DNA of 63,614 nt, counting the filler, from Octopus bimaculoides (taxonomy: Eukaryota): NCBI RefSeq assembly GCF_001194135.2. It is 4 parts of 4 records of this genome, joined end to end, with 100 filler letters (N's around TTAATTAATTAA, not from the genome) between each part and the next. Parts side by side here need not be neighbours in the genome. Positions count along the whole stretch, not along the records: positions 8,792 to 39,393 come from NC_068990.1; 3 more parts are not named here. One strand, 5' to 3'. Made by a program: the position numbers and the translations under genes. The notes under the pieces were generated by a model, which had not been told where the DNA came from, searched no databases, and saw only the letters and a list, made by a program, of their open reading frames with translations. Shown piece by piece: positions 12,008 to 23,789 of the stretch (positions within the stretch are counted from its first letter, which is position 1; each line of letters begins with the position of its first letter).

Positions 12008-12015
12008 ATGATGAT
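11455..12015 (+). mobile_element. Tandem family C SINE/LINE-tail copies ending in (GCT)n(GAT)n
   Basis: Two GGGCATCCAGCT(G/A)TAAAAA motifs at ~11748 and ~11841; tail GGAAAGCAGACATTAAAC followed by trinucleotide repeats. Confidence 0.65.
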
Positions 12016-12018
12016 ATA

Positions 12019-12060
<42 letters not shown>

Positions 12061-13051
12061 TGACAGGACTTCAACATTTCAGATTCTTTTGATGGCCAGT
12101 AAACTAAATCTTCAATGTCATTGTCAACCTTCTCTTTGTAAAACTTTGTACTCAATTAAAGATGTCTACATAAAGTAAAGAGTTGATACAGTCTCAAGTT
12201 TGTAGGTTTGTAATGTACATCTATCTGAAGTAAAATGATGACTTCCATCACTAAAACATTTAAAAATTGCTGCTTCTCTCAACTATTTTCCATTATGAAT
12301 TGAATATATTATTTACTCCATCACATATTATTTTAAATTCATTTAGTTCATTTAATTTCTTTATACTTTCATTCCCTTGAATAAAACAATCATGTAGAAA
12401 GAAAGCTTTTCAAGTTCTCTTTATATATTACAAGAAAAAGATTTTAAATTTTTGTAATTATTCTTGATATATTTTGATTTTCAAGACTCCCATTTCTAAA
12501 TTTTTATCAGTTGGGATTACTTTGGTCACCATTGCTGTTCTGAACTTTTGTTAACAATATTAATATCAAACATAAATGAGTTATTAATTCTTCAATTATT
12601 AATCATCTTTATATAGTATAGATGCAATCTGAATAATCTTGTCAGTTCTTTTTAATTTTTCAAAGTTCTAATACATCCTTATCCTTTCCTCCTGTTTTAA
12701 TTGTCCAGATTTTCTGCATTCCTTAGCTTATTTAAGTATTTCCCATATCATTAGTATAACTTTCACCATATAAGAACAACAAATAGTTCATATGAATTCA
12801 TATACACCTACATATATATATATATATGAGTGGGAGCAAGAGAGATAGTAAGAAACTGAGGTAGATATATCAAACTTTAGTTGACAATTGTGGAGGAGCT
12901 GATAATATATTCTTGACCTGAGAGAGACTGATGACAGAGCTTGCAACTGTACTGTTTGGTGACCTATTATCATTTAATGCATAGGAAGTGGATGGATCTA
13001 AGAATAACGTGTGTGTGTCTGCATGAGTGTGTGTGTATGTATATATGTGTG

Positions 13052-13090
<39 letters not shown>

Positions 13091-13113
13091 ATAGATATAT
13101 ATAGGTATATGTA

Positions 13114-13164
<51 letters not shown>

Positions 13165-13258
13165 TCTGACTCATGCAAGGTTGGAAAAGTGGACATAAAT
13201 AATGACAGTGACACACACATACATGTGCACACATATAGTTCTCTCTCTCTCCATATAC

Positions 13259-13301
<43 letters not shown>

Positions 13302-13443
13302 AGATAACGAGATATAGAGATGGATATACATACATAGTTACATGCATATATACATATATATACATGCACACATACACTTTTGCATACATGTATATATATG
13401 TGTGTATGTATGTATAAATATATACATATATATGTATGTATGC

Positions 13444-13508
<65 letters not shown>

Positions 13509-13741
13509 TACTTATAATTATTGACACATATATATAATATATAGAATATATATATTTAATATTAGCATTTTATACATTCATGCAATAAAATATATCTCTT
13601 AAAATTAGATCACTTAGAAGAGACAAATTCACACAGACACATAATATGATAACACACACTTGTACACACTAATGACAGTAAAACTATATATCATTCTGCT
13701 TCTATTTTCAATATATTTTTCATATTATGGAGATGACTCAC

Positions 13742-13809
13742 GGTACATTGCAATTAATGCCATTACACACAGTAAATATATTGAACATCAAAGGTTGTAA
13801 AAATAGTAC
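13742..13809 (-). other. Candidate spliced exon (68 nt)
   Basis: Acceptor TTTTGATGTTAGCCAG|G and donor ACC|GTGAGT; open in phase 0 (VLFLQPLMFNIFTVCNGINCNV). No homology recognised. Confidence 0.2.
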
Positions 13810-14026
13810 CTGGCTAACATCAAAATAGCAACCATTTATTGAATTCCATGCATTTAATTAGCTATTATATAATGAATTGGAAATTATCTACTTATTTATA
13901 TTTAGTAATTAATATTTATAATTTTAGTCTGAGCAAGCACTGTCTACCTTGTCGACCCAAATATACATACATGCATACATACATACATACATACACACAT
14001 GCATGCATACAGATATCCTGATACAT

Positions 14027-14275
14027 AGCATCGTCATCATCACCATCTTCATCAATTAGTGTCCACCGTTCCAAGCTTGCACAGATCAAACAGAATTTGT
14101 TGAGATGAATTTTTTACAGCTGAATGCCCTTCCTGTTGCCAACTCTCACCTGTTTCCAAGTAAGGTAATATTCCCCATGACCAGACATGTTTCTGATGAA
14201 AGAGTAGAATAGTATGACCTCACTGGTATGATGCTGATGGTCATTTACAACTATAATGTAATGTCTAGACAAAGA
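14027..14275 (-). mobile_element. SINE family D (C-related tail)
   Basis: GGCAACAGGAAGGGCATTCAGCTGTAAAA and (GAT)n tail on the minus strand; related copies at 15190-15450 and 17230-17410 (+). Confidence 0.55.
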
Positions 14276-14981
14276 ACCCCCCCCCCCCACNNNNNNNNNN
14301 NNNNNNNNNNNNNNNNNNNNNNNNNNNNNNNNNNNNNNNNNNNNNNNNNNNNNNNNNNNNNNNNNNNNNNNNNNNNNNNNNNNNNNNNNNNNNNNNNNNN
14401 NNNNNNNNNNNNNNNNNNNNNNNNNNNNNNNNNNNNNNNNNNNNNNNNNNNNNNNNNNNNNNNNNNNNNNNNNNNNNNNNNNNNNNNNNNNNNNNNNNNN
14501 NNNNNNNNNNNNNNNNNNNNNNNNNNNNNNNNNNNNNNNNNNNNNNNNNNNNNNNNNNNNNNNNNNNNNNNNNNNNNNNNNNNNNNNNNNNNNNNNNNNN
14601 NNNNNNNNNNNNNNNNNNNNNNNNNNNNNNNNNNNNNNNNNNNNNNNNNNNNNNNNNNNNNNNNNNNNNNNNNNNNNNNNNNNNNNNNNNNNNNNNNNNN
14701 NNNNNNNNNNNNNNNNNNNNNNNNNNNNNNNNNNNNNNNNNNNNNNNNNNNNNNNNNNNNNNNNNNNNNNNNNNNNNNNNNNNNNNNNNNNNNNNNNNNN
14801 NNNNNNNNNNNNNNNNNNNNNNNNNNNNNNNNNNNNNNNNNNNNNNNNNNNNNNNNNNNNNNNNNNNNNNNNNNNNNNNNNNNNNNNNNNNNNNNNNNNN
14901 NNNNNNNNNNNNNNNNNNNNNNNNTGATAGAAAAGACAACAAAAGAAAGAAAGAGACCTCGATATTATGTAAATAGAGGAA

Positions 14982-15114
14982 TTTATCTGTAGAAATATGT
15001 GACAATTATTCGGTAGCCATGACAAAACTCCGAGTTTCGGATGCCGGTGCAGAAACCTACACTGTTATCTCTTCAGTTATCTGGCTACCAAATAATTGTC
15101 ACATATTTTTACAA

Positions 15115-15119
<5 letters not shown>
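14982..15119 (-). ncRNA. Type I hammerhead ribozyme whose stem I is extended by ~39 bp inverted repeats (resembles a 138 bp MITE)
   Basis: Minus strand: CTGAAGA (15076-15070), stem II GATAACAGTGTAG/CTGCACCGGCATC (10 of 13 pairs), GAAA (15038-15035), stem III AACTC-G-GAGTT, predicted cleavage 15026|15025, stem I AGATAA/TTGTCA continuing into the inverted repeats. One extra C precedes G12. Confidence 0.65.
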
Positions 15120-15179
<60 letters not shown>

Positions 15180-15189
15180 CATATATAAA

Positions 15190-15450
15190 TACATATGTGT
15201 GTGTGTGTCTGCTTGTGTCTGTTTGTGTCTCCTCATGTGATAGTTCTAGATGAGTATTACTGTCATACATTTCCAATATTCTGCAAGAGCACGTCAAACA
15301 ATGAGGAAATATTACTCTGCATGGAAACAGGTGGAAGTTAGCAGCAGGAAGACCATCTAGTCATAGAAAACTAAATAAGCTCTTTGCAATCAAGGCAAGC
15401 ATGGAAAAGTGGATGGTGAATAATGACTATGATGATGATGATGATGATGG
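15190..15450 (+). mobile_element. SINE family D copy
   Basis: GGAAACAGGTG...CAGGAAGACCATCTAG...GCATGGAAAAGTGGA...(GAT)n. Confidence 0.5.
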
Positions 15451-15466
15451 TTTTAATCTATCTATC

Positions 15467-15523
<57 letters not shown>

Positions 15524-15672
15524 GTAGTATCCGAATTTCTCTCAAATCACACACCAACATCTTAAAAACAGTAAGAATACATTGGATAATATTATCGTAT
15601 ATGTACCCCATGTGTCTATTCAAGCAAGATTAACCAGCAGCAAAACCACTAGCAAGAACAACTCATTAGAAA

Positions 15673-15890
15673 TATTCTTTTCTACTCTAAGCACAAGGCC
15701 TGAAATTTTGGGGGAGAGGGCAAGTCGATTAGATCGACCTCAGTATGCAACTGGTACTTAATTTATTGACCCCGTAAAGATGAAATGCAAAGTCGACCTC
15801 GGCAGAATTTGATCTCAGAATGTAAAGACAGATGAAATACCGCTAAGCATTTCGTCCGGTGTGCTAATGTTTCTGCCAGCTCACCGCCTT
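15673..15890 (-). mobile_element. tRNA-derived SINE family E
   Basis: Head AAGGCGGTGAGCTGGCAGAAAC and a B-box-like GAGATCAAATTC. Flanked by the 17 bp direct repeat AACTCATTAGAAATATT (15660-76 and 15891-907). Confidence 0.85.
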
Positions 15891-15902
15891 AACTTATTAG
15901 AA

Positions 15903-16140
15903 ATATTTATTTCTTTATTGCCCACAGGGGGCTAAACATAGAGGGGACAAATAAGGACAGACAAAGGGATTAAGTCTATTACATTGGCCCCAGTGTGTAA
16001 CTAGTACTTATTTAATCGACCCCGAAAAGATGAAAGGCTCAGTTGACCTTGGTGGAATTTGAACTCAGAATGAAATGGCAGACAAAATACCGCTAAGCAT
16101 TTCGCCTGGCGTGCTAATGTTTCTGCCAGCTCGCTGCCTT
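15903..16140 (-). mobile_element. tRNA-derived SINE family E (alternative tail)
   Basis: B-box GAGTTCAAATTCC; flanked by the same 17 bp repeat (15891-907 and 16141-157). Confidence 0.85.
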
Positions 16141-16647
16141 AACTCATTAGAAATATTACCACAAAAAGAGTTAAACAATTTAACAATACTCTACTCAAGT
16201 GGAGACAGAAAGAAGATTATCTCTACTTAAGATAGTTGTACTGTCAATCACATATAGTCTTTTATGTATGATAACCAGGCCACAGTTGTTTTGAAAACCT
16301 TTGTTAGCCTTTAGGGTACACACAGCCACTTGGAAAATATTTATGCATTGTCAGAAATATTTTTTGTCTTTTGTAGGAATTTTTGCATTAATTTGCACTT
16401 CCTCACTTTGATGGATTAAAGTAACTTTGCAGCGGTTAATCCTCTTAAATTGGTATTAGATGAAGCAAAGAAATTATTACTAGCATAATCCTTAATTATG
16501 AAGGAGTTTCTTTGTAGTTGTTTTGACTTGCTAGAAATAGCAACCAAATCTTCTCAAATTAAATGGTACTGTCATAAAAAGTAATGAATATATTGAAGAA
16601 TTTGGATAATCACATCTTTGTTGACATTGGTTTCATTTTTAAGCATT

Positions 16648-16788
16648 GGCACAGCTGTGTGGTTAAGAAACTTGCATTGCAGCCAGGTGGTTTCGAGTTC
16701 AGTCCCACTGCATAGTACCTTGAATGAGTGTCTTCTGCTATTGCACTGGGCCCACCAATGTCTTGTCAGTGAATTTGGTAGATGGAAT
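16648..16788 (+). mobile_element. SINE family A 5' half, diverged
   Basis: CAGCTGTGTGGTTAAG...GAGTTCAGTCCCACTG...GAATTTGGTAGATGGAA. Confidence 0.7.
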
Positions 16789-16984
16789 ATATATATATAA
16801 TGTAAAAGAATAGGGATTTTGAACCCAGGCAGGTACATTATAAGCACTTTAGTATAATCCAGATTCTGGCTAACCACATCAAATAATATATAAAAAAAAG
16901 GCAAAGTTACCTTCTTGAGTCATATTGACTCATAAGGGCTGGTTTCTTGGTTTCATGGTGAATATATTCCCCACCTAGATCTTC

Positions 16985-17100
16985 TTCTGCCTTGAAGGGT
17001 TTTAGTTGAGCAAATCGACCCTAGGACTTATTTTTTGTGCCTAGTACTTATTCTGTTGGTCCCTTTTGTTGAACCACTAAGTTACGGGGGTGTATATATA
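16985..17100 (-). mobile_element. SINE family B fragment
   Basis: GAGCAAATCGACCCTAGGACTTATT...CTAAGTTACGGGG matches other B halves. Confidence 0.6.
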
Positions 17101-17229
17101 CTAGCTGGTGTACCTGGTAATTCCTGGGGATAAAGATGTTCTATTGAAATGCCTTATTACTCTGATATAAGAAAGCAATTTCGTTATAACTGCCACAAAA
17201 GGTGTATTTTCCGTCACGAAAAAGTACAA

Positions 17230-17410
17230 AAAACTGTCAGCTGGAGGAGGGAGAGATTGTTGCTAGAAAATGTCTGGCCATTGGGTAAATATAAAATTGT
17301 TAAGAGACAGGTGAGAGCTGGTGATATGACGGGAATCAAGGTAAAAAAAATATGCCTCAATTCAAACCATGCAAGCATGGTAAAGTGGACATTTAAACAA
17401 TGATGATGGT
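17230..17410 (+). mobile_element. SINE family D copy
   Basis: AGAGACAGGTGAGAGCTGGTG...CAAGCATGGTAAAGTGGACATTTAAACAATGATGATG. Confidence 0.5.
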
Positions 17411-17999
17411 AAACCATGATAATTCGAAATAACCCACAAAGGATAGAACATTTATGAACTAAAATTTCTTCCATCATAGGTTTTGTAATTAGAAGTAGCT
17501 TGAGACAAAGCAAGAAGACCAACAAAAACAACAGTGGCAAGAACAGCCACAACATTTTTTGACAATTTTTTAGCTTGAAGAAGTGAATTCTTTTATGCAT
17601 CTCCAGGATCTGAATTGGAGTAGCATCTAACTTTCCATGCTAAAACAATATATTACAAATGACTTTTCCGGAAGCCCTGGTATTTAACTATTTTAAACAA
17701 CTTGTTGATCTGAGATATGCAGAATAAAAAATATCTGACTCAGACACAACAAAATGCTTGAAGTGGATTGGAACTTAAAACCTATGAGCTGGTAGACCTC
17801 TGCTTTATCTACTCATCTATAGTTTGCCTCTCTTATACACACACAACCCTCTCTCCCCACCAAAAGAAACAGTCCATGTCCATTTTTACTCATAATCGTT
17901 GTATGGTAATCTCTATTAGTCTGGCATTGAGTAATCTAATTTTTTACATGTGACAATCACTAACATACGCTCTCTCTCCCTCACTCTGAATATGTATTT

Positions 18000-18036
<37 letters not shown>

Positions 18037-18049
18037 CATATATCATATA

Positions 18050-18091
<42 letters not shown>

Positions 18092-18444
18092 NNNNNNNNN
18101 NNNNNNNNNNNNNNNNNNNNNNNNNNNNNNNNNNNNNNNNNNNNNNNNNNNNNNNNNNNNNNNNNNNNNNNNNNNNNNNNNNNNNNNNNNNNNNNNNNNN
18201 NNNNNNNNNNNNNNNNNNNNNNNNNNNNNNNNNNNNNNNNNNNNNNNNNNNNNNNNNNNNNNNNNNNNNNNNNNNNNNNNNNNNNNNNNNNNNNNNNNNN
18301 NNNNNNNNNNNNNNNNNNNNNNNNNNNNNNNNNNNNNNNNNNNNNNNNNNNNNNNNNNNNNNNNNNNNNNNNNNNNNNNNNNNNNNNNNNNNNNNNNNNN
18401 NNNNNNNNNNNNNNNNNNNNNNNNNNNNNNNNNNNNNNNNNNNN

Positions 18445-18477
<33 letters not shown>

Positions 18478-18478
<1 letters not shown>

Positions 18479-18625
18479 GACGGGCTTCTTTCAGTTTCCG
18501 CCTACCAGATCCACTCACAAGGCTTTGGTTGGCCCAAGGCTATAGTAGAAGACCCTTACCCATGGCGCCACGCAGTGGGACTGAACCCAGAATGATGTGG
18601 TTGGGAAGCAAGCTTCTTATCACAT
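18478..18625 (-). mobile_element. SINE family A 5' half
   Basis: CGACGGGCTTCTTTCAGTTTCC...GGGACTGAACCC; abuts (TA)n and a gap. Confidence 0.8.
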
Positions 18626-18736
18626 ACACACACACAACACACACACACACAACACACACACACACACATACATGTATATATACCCAATCACATATCTATA
18701 TTAAGAAAAAGGAGGTAGTCAGAATTTTCTGTAATT

Positions 18737-18815
18737 ATTTATTCGGTGCTTTCATCTTGTTCCAGAGATTCATTCCTGATGTATCTCTGAAACGGTATGA
18801 AAGCACTAAATAAAT
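18737..18815. repeat. ~80 bp imperfect hairpin (33 bp arms, 6 mismatches)
   Basis: ATTTATTCGGTGCTTTCATCTTGTTCCAGAGAT / ATCTCTGAAACGGTATGAAAGCACTAAATAAAT with a 13 nt loop. Confidence 0.6.
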
Positions 18816-18914
18816 CATTATCCAAAATTATGACTACCTCCTTTTTCTTAATATATAAAATCTGTACATCACATGAAACAATCTATGCATACATACATAC
18901 ATACATACATACAT

Positions 18915-18961
<47 letters not shown>

Positions 18962-19029
18962 CATACATACATACATACATACATAAATATATATACACAC
19001 ATACATACACATATGGATATTTTTATATG

Positions 19030-19115
<86 letters not shown>

Positions 19116-19227
19116 TATATATATGTATTTATTATTAATTTTATTACTCTTTTACAAGAATAGTTTTGATAGTGACTTCAAAGTTTCAGCCTGCTGGCCT
19201 TCATTGAATTTGCGATGTTATAATTCA

Positions 19228-19435
19228 GCATCATCATTTAACCTTCACTCATCCTGGCTTGGACAGGTTTTATTGAGGTAGATTTTCTACAGCTGGATTC
19301 CCTTCCTGTCACCAACCAACTTGTCGATTAAATAAGATCCAGTTACACACTGGGATCAATGTAATCGACTTAATCCTTTTGTTTGTCCCCTCTACGTTTA
19401 GCCCCTTGTGAGCAATAAAGAAATAAAGAAATAAA
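19228..19435. mobile_element. Adjacent SINE fragments: C/D tail (-, 19228-19322) and E 3' part (+, 19330-19435)
   Basis: TTCTACAGCTGGATTCCCTTCC and ACTGGGATCAATGTAATCGACTTAATCC...AATAAAGAAATAAAG motifs. Confidence 0.55.
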
Positions 19436-19861
19436 CATATTCCTTTCTATACACTTTGTTCAGTGTTTGTTTCAAAATTGTAAAATAAATTATTTTTCTA
19501 TGAAAAATTGAACCATGCCTTCTGAATTTTCTTGGACTTTCACTTTCTTCACCATGACGTTCATTCAATTGTGAATTTTATAACATTTAGTACATGCTCC
19601 AAATAAATGTTGACATTCTGTACTTTGTTACATTGGTGACACATAGTAACTTTTGCTAAATTGGTAACTTTCCACTGTTTTATAGCATAACTATGCTACA
19701 CAAAGTATGTTCTACACCTATATTGACTACATTTCATTTTGCTTGAACTTCATGAGTGTACGTTTTGCTGTTTTCAATATTATAAATTCTATGAGTGTGT
19801 ATGTGTCTGTGAGTGTGTGTGTGTGTGTTTCTGCATTCGTTACGTCTATAGTAAAGAAAAT

Positions 19862-20180
19862 TTTGATGAGCCCACATCTAATGAATTAGCCATCTTTTAT
19901 GGTTGGTGATCCCCATGAAAATCATGATATTCTCATTCATGTTCGAGATAACAACCTTAAATGTGTTTCACAGACTCATCCCTCTTATGATGCTCTCCAG
20001 TATCCTCTTCTCCTGTGGAATGGACAAGATGGGAGTCATTTCAATATTCCACAGATTGAACCTGCAACAGGAGAGCCAATTACAAATAAAATGATGTCAT
20101 CAAATGACTTCCATTCTTACCAACTGTTGTTAAGACCAGAACAATCAAAGCAATTACACATGTTAAATAAACTTTATTTT
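19862..20180 (+). mobile_element. Helitron Rep/helicase gene fragment
   Basis: FDEPTSNELAI(fs)MVGD..HDILIH..NNLKCVSQTHPSYDALQYPLLLWNGQDGSHFNIP matches the Helitron N-terminal H.SYDALQYPLLF..GEDG motif. Confidence 0.8.
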
Positions 20181-20589
20181 CATTTACATATTTTCATATA
20201 TGTATTATCATCCACATTATCTCAACAACCAGCTATAGTTATTTGAAATACACTTCTCTACAATGACCAGGTTTCATTAGAAAGTGAAAATAGTTAAACA
20301 CTTTCAATTTGAACCAAAATTACAAAATGTTGGATTACAAGAGTGACAATGTGTGAATAATGAAAGTGATGTTTCTCTGAATTAGTCACATCTGTATTAT
20401 ATAATAAAAGAAAGCTGCTTATTATCTATCTACCAAATAAACTATGGGTAGCACAATTTTGAGGTAATTTTCAGATGATATTTTGATTTGCTTCTAATAT
20501 GTCACTTTCGTCTGGTGTTTCACACATGCATAGAATTCTACTCAGACAAACATTTATGAAAATGTGCACAGATATTGTATTAAAATAAT

Positions 20590-20596
20590 ACAGTGA

Positions 20597-20632
<36 letters not shown>

Positions 20633-20842
20633 TAATAATAATAATAACAACATCGAAAAATACCTTAGGAATGAGAACCCATATTCGAAATTTCCCCAAG
20701 ATGCCTGATGAAGGCTGGAGGGTATATCAGGCGAAACGTTGTGTTAACAACAAACAAGACGAGGACAAATATCTGTCAAATGTAAATAATGTAAATATTG
20801 TAAATAATGTACATAATTCCTCATCTCTTAAATATAGAACTG
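20590..20842 (+). mobile_element. 5'-truncated copy of the hammerhead-containing SINE seen at 48272-48519
   Basis: CAGTGACCTG(AAT)n AACATCGAAAAATACCTTAGGAATGAGAA...CTGATGAAGGCTGGAGGG...GAAACGTTGTGTTAACAACAAACAAGA is shared by both loci. Confidence 0.75.
20700..20745 (+). ncRNA. Minimal type I hammerhead ribozyme (C3:G8), slightly degraded
   Basis: GATGC-CTGATGA-A-GGCTG..CAGGC-GAAA-C-GTT|GTGTT; one mismatch in stem II; palindromic stem III AACGTT. Confidence 0.65.
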
Positions 20843-21078
20843 TACTTTCTCAATATTTTTATTTTCTCCTTCTCCATACCAAATTCATTTTTTACTTTTT
20901 CCAAATTCTTTTTCTTGGTCATGATGATGATGATGATCTATGGAGAAAAATCAGAGAATATGAATCTTTAAGAATTTTACCCAACACTTCAACACTTTCA
21001 AAATGCAACACACTCCAAATGTTTCACTTTTAGCTTTTTGGAAAGTGGGGAAGTTTCTTCAGAAATAATGTCATTTAC

Positions 21079-21134
21079 CTGTTGTTTCTAGCATGTTGTG
21101 TTTTCTGGTGGTGGTCTGGTATTTTTTAAGTCTG
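21079..21134 (-). other. Candidate spliced exon (56 nt)
   Basis: Acceptor CTACTGAAATAG|CAG (NAGNAG), donor CAG|GTAAAT; open frame RLKKYQTTTRKHNMLETT. Confidence 0.2.
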
Positions 21135-22214
21135 CTATTTCAGTAGAATTTTATGCATGCAGGAAACATCAGACAAAAGTGACAGATTGGGAGATTTTAG
21201 CTTTTTGAAAGCGAGTAGGCAATGGGTGGTCAAGGTGGGGAAAGAGGCATTGAATATGCTTCTTTAAGAAAAATTAAACTATAAAAAAATATATAAATTT
21301 CCCAGATTCATAATCTCTGTATTTTTCTATGTAGATGACAAAAAAAAAAAAAANNNNNNNNNNNNNNNNNNNNNNNNNNNNNNNNNNNNNNNNNNNNNNN
21401 NNNNNNNNNNNNNNNNNNNNNNNNNNNNNNNNNNNNNNNNNNNNNNNNNNNNNNNNNNNNNNNNNNNNNNNNNNNNNNNNNNNNNNNNNNNNNNNNNNNN
21501 NNNNNNNNNNNNNNNNNNNNNNNNNNNNNNNNNNNNNNNNNNNNNNNNNNNNNNNNNNNNNNNNNNNNNNNNNNNNNNNNNNNNNNNNNNNNNNNNNNNN
21601 NNNNNNNNNNNNNNNNNNNNNNNNNNNNNNNNNNNNNNNNNNNNNNNNNNNNNNNNNNNNNNNNNNNNNNNNNNNNNNNNNNNNNNNNNNNNNNNNNNNN
21701 NNNNNNNNNNNNNNNNNNNNNNNNNNNNNNNNNNNNNNNNNNNNNNNNNNNNNNNNNNNNNNNNNNNNNNNNNNNNNNNNATAAAGAGATAGAGAGAGAA
21801 AGACAGAGAGGGAGTGACATGCACACGTGTGTGTGTGTAGTCCATCAAATTATGTCTCATGTCAAAAGACGATTTAACCATTTGATAGATAAAGATCAAT
21901 AAAATAACCACAGAGGTCAATAGGAACGATTAGAAGGAAGAGAGAAAAAAAAGAACAAGCTCTTGAATATGGTGCCACAGCGTAACCACAGTTCAATGAG
22001 TGAAAGCAGTTAAAGAATAAGAGAATTCTATTTAATGACCGAAGCTTGTTAGTATCTAAATATGAAGACGTTTTTAAGAACTGCCCAAACCTGTTGGCTT
22101 AGTTCATTGGTTATGAAATGTTTCTGACCTTTTACAGTCTAAGCTTCAACATTAACTTCTTAAATAGAAAGGAAAACAGCTCAATCCAGTAATATGTAAA
22201 ATAGGACAAGGTCT

Positions 22215-22259
22215 TCCTGTCTTTCTCTCTCTCTCTGCTTCTCCCTTTCTTTCTTTATT

Positions 22260-22305
<46 letters not shown>

Positions 22306-22402
22306 TCCCTTTGTTTCTTTGTTTCTTTCTTCCTCCCTTTGTTTCTTTGTTTCTTTGTTTTTCTTTCTCCTTTTCTTTCTTTGTTTGTTCTTTCCTTCCT
22401 TC

Positions 22403-22433
<31 letters not shown>

Positions 22434-22549
22434 TCGTTCTTTCTTTCTCCCTTTCTTCTTTCTTTCTTATTTTCTTTCTCCCTTTCTTCTTTCTTTCTTA
22501 CTTTCTTTCTCCCTTTCTTTTTTCTTTCTTTCTTTCTCCCTTTCCTTTT

Positions 22550-22580
<31 letters not shown>

Positions 22581-22874
22581 CCCTTACTTTATTTCTTTCT
22601 CTCTTTCTTTCTTTCTTTCTTTCTCCCTTCCTTCCTTCCTTCCTTCCTTCCTTTCTTTCTCCTGCCCCCCACCCTCTCTCCTAAACCTTTTCCTTTCCTC
22701 ATTCACCCCCCCCTGTTCTCCAGTCTGTCTATCCATCTATCTCTTCCCTTTCCCTCTCCCACTCCTTCCCTTGCACCATTCTGTCCAACTGCCTTTCTAT
22801 CTGTCTGTCAGTCTGTCTCTGTCTTTGTTTCTCTTTCTCTCCTGCATTTATTTCTTTTGCTATTTCTCTCTTGT

Positions 22875-22920
<46 letters not shown>
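22215..22920. repeat. ~700 bp polypyrimidine/polypurine tract, (TTTC)n/(TTCC)n/(CT)n
   Basis: Visible directly; explains the F/L/S-rich ORFs at 22311-23001. Confidence 0.95.
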
Positions 22921-22924
<4 letters not shown>

Positions 22925-23207
22925 ATCATCATCGTCATCATCATCATCATCGTCATTTCTATTCCTGTTTCTACATCTATTTCTATTTTGAAGATGTTTG
23001 ACAACTATTTCTGGAATTTTTCTATATCCATATCTAACACAATAGATATTCTCCAATAAAATTTACAATACCTACCATCTTGTTAATGATGAAATGTGTT
23101 AAGATCTAATTTATTTACATACTGAAAAAAAAACATATATCAAAAGGTTTGAAATGTCTGAAATTACTGCTGCTTTGAAATTTTTATTTTAATGATTTTC
23201 TTTCCAG

Positions 23208-23308
23208 GTGGGAAAGCCATGCATTCACCTCTTCTGCATGACACCTGCTCCTGCCCTTCTCTCATACTTTCATATCCCTCACTCTATTCAGTTAAGGGGT
23301 CTCATCCT
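23208..23308 (+). other. Candidate spliced exon (101 nt)
   Basis: Strong acceptor ATTTTCTTTCCAG|G and donor CCT|GTAAGT; two frames open; no homology recognised. Confidence 0.3.
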
Positions 23309-23334
23309 GTAAGTATTTGGTGGCTTCACCTCTG

Positions 23335-23520
23335 CTGGTGCCACAAAATAGAGCACCCAGTACACTTGTTAAAGTGGCTAGTGTTTGGAAGGACATCTAG
23401 TGGTTGAAGCCACACCAAGGCAGACTTTGGAGCTCAGTGTAGCCCACTGGTTCATCAGTTGCTGTTGAACCATCCAATCTACGGAAAAAGGAACATTGAA
23501 TGATGATGACAACAATGATG
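23335..23520 (+). mobile_element. SINE family C, diverged
   Basis: GGTGCCACAAAATAGAGCACCCAG...TGGAAGGACATCTAG...GGAACATTGAATGATGATG. Confidence 0.55.
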
Positions 23521-23789
23521 ACAGTGGTATTGGCAGTGGTGTTTGTGTTGTTGGTGTTGTTGGTGTCGGCGATGGTGCAGTCTTTTGAAAGGACTGAATG
23601 GTTAATCAATCCAACATGTTAACCGACAAAGGTCAGAAGTTCATATTTCAATACAATTAGTGTATTGTGTCACTGAGCAAGACTTTGAATTCTACATTAC
23701 CTCAGTTTTTTTTTTTTTATAAGTTTATATATTATTGAATAAGTGAATATGACACAAGAAAAAAAACACAATGAAAACATGTGAGGAGG

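Noticed and set aside
17214-17600. 128 aa minus-strand ORF with a signal-peptide-like hydrophobic stretch
   Set aside because: Its 3' half runs through a SINE; the hydrophobicity reflects GT/CT-rich sequence; no family recognised.
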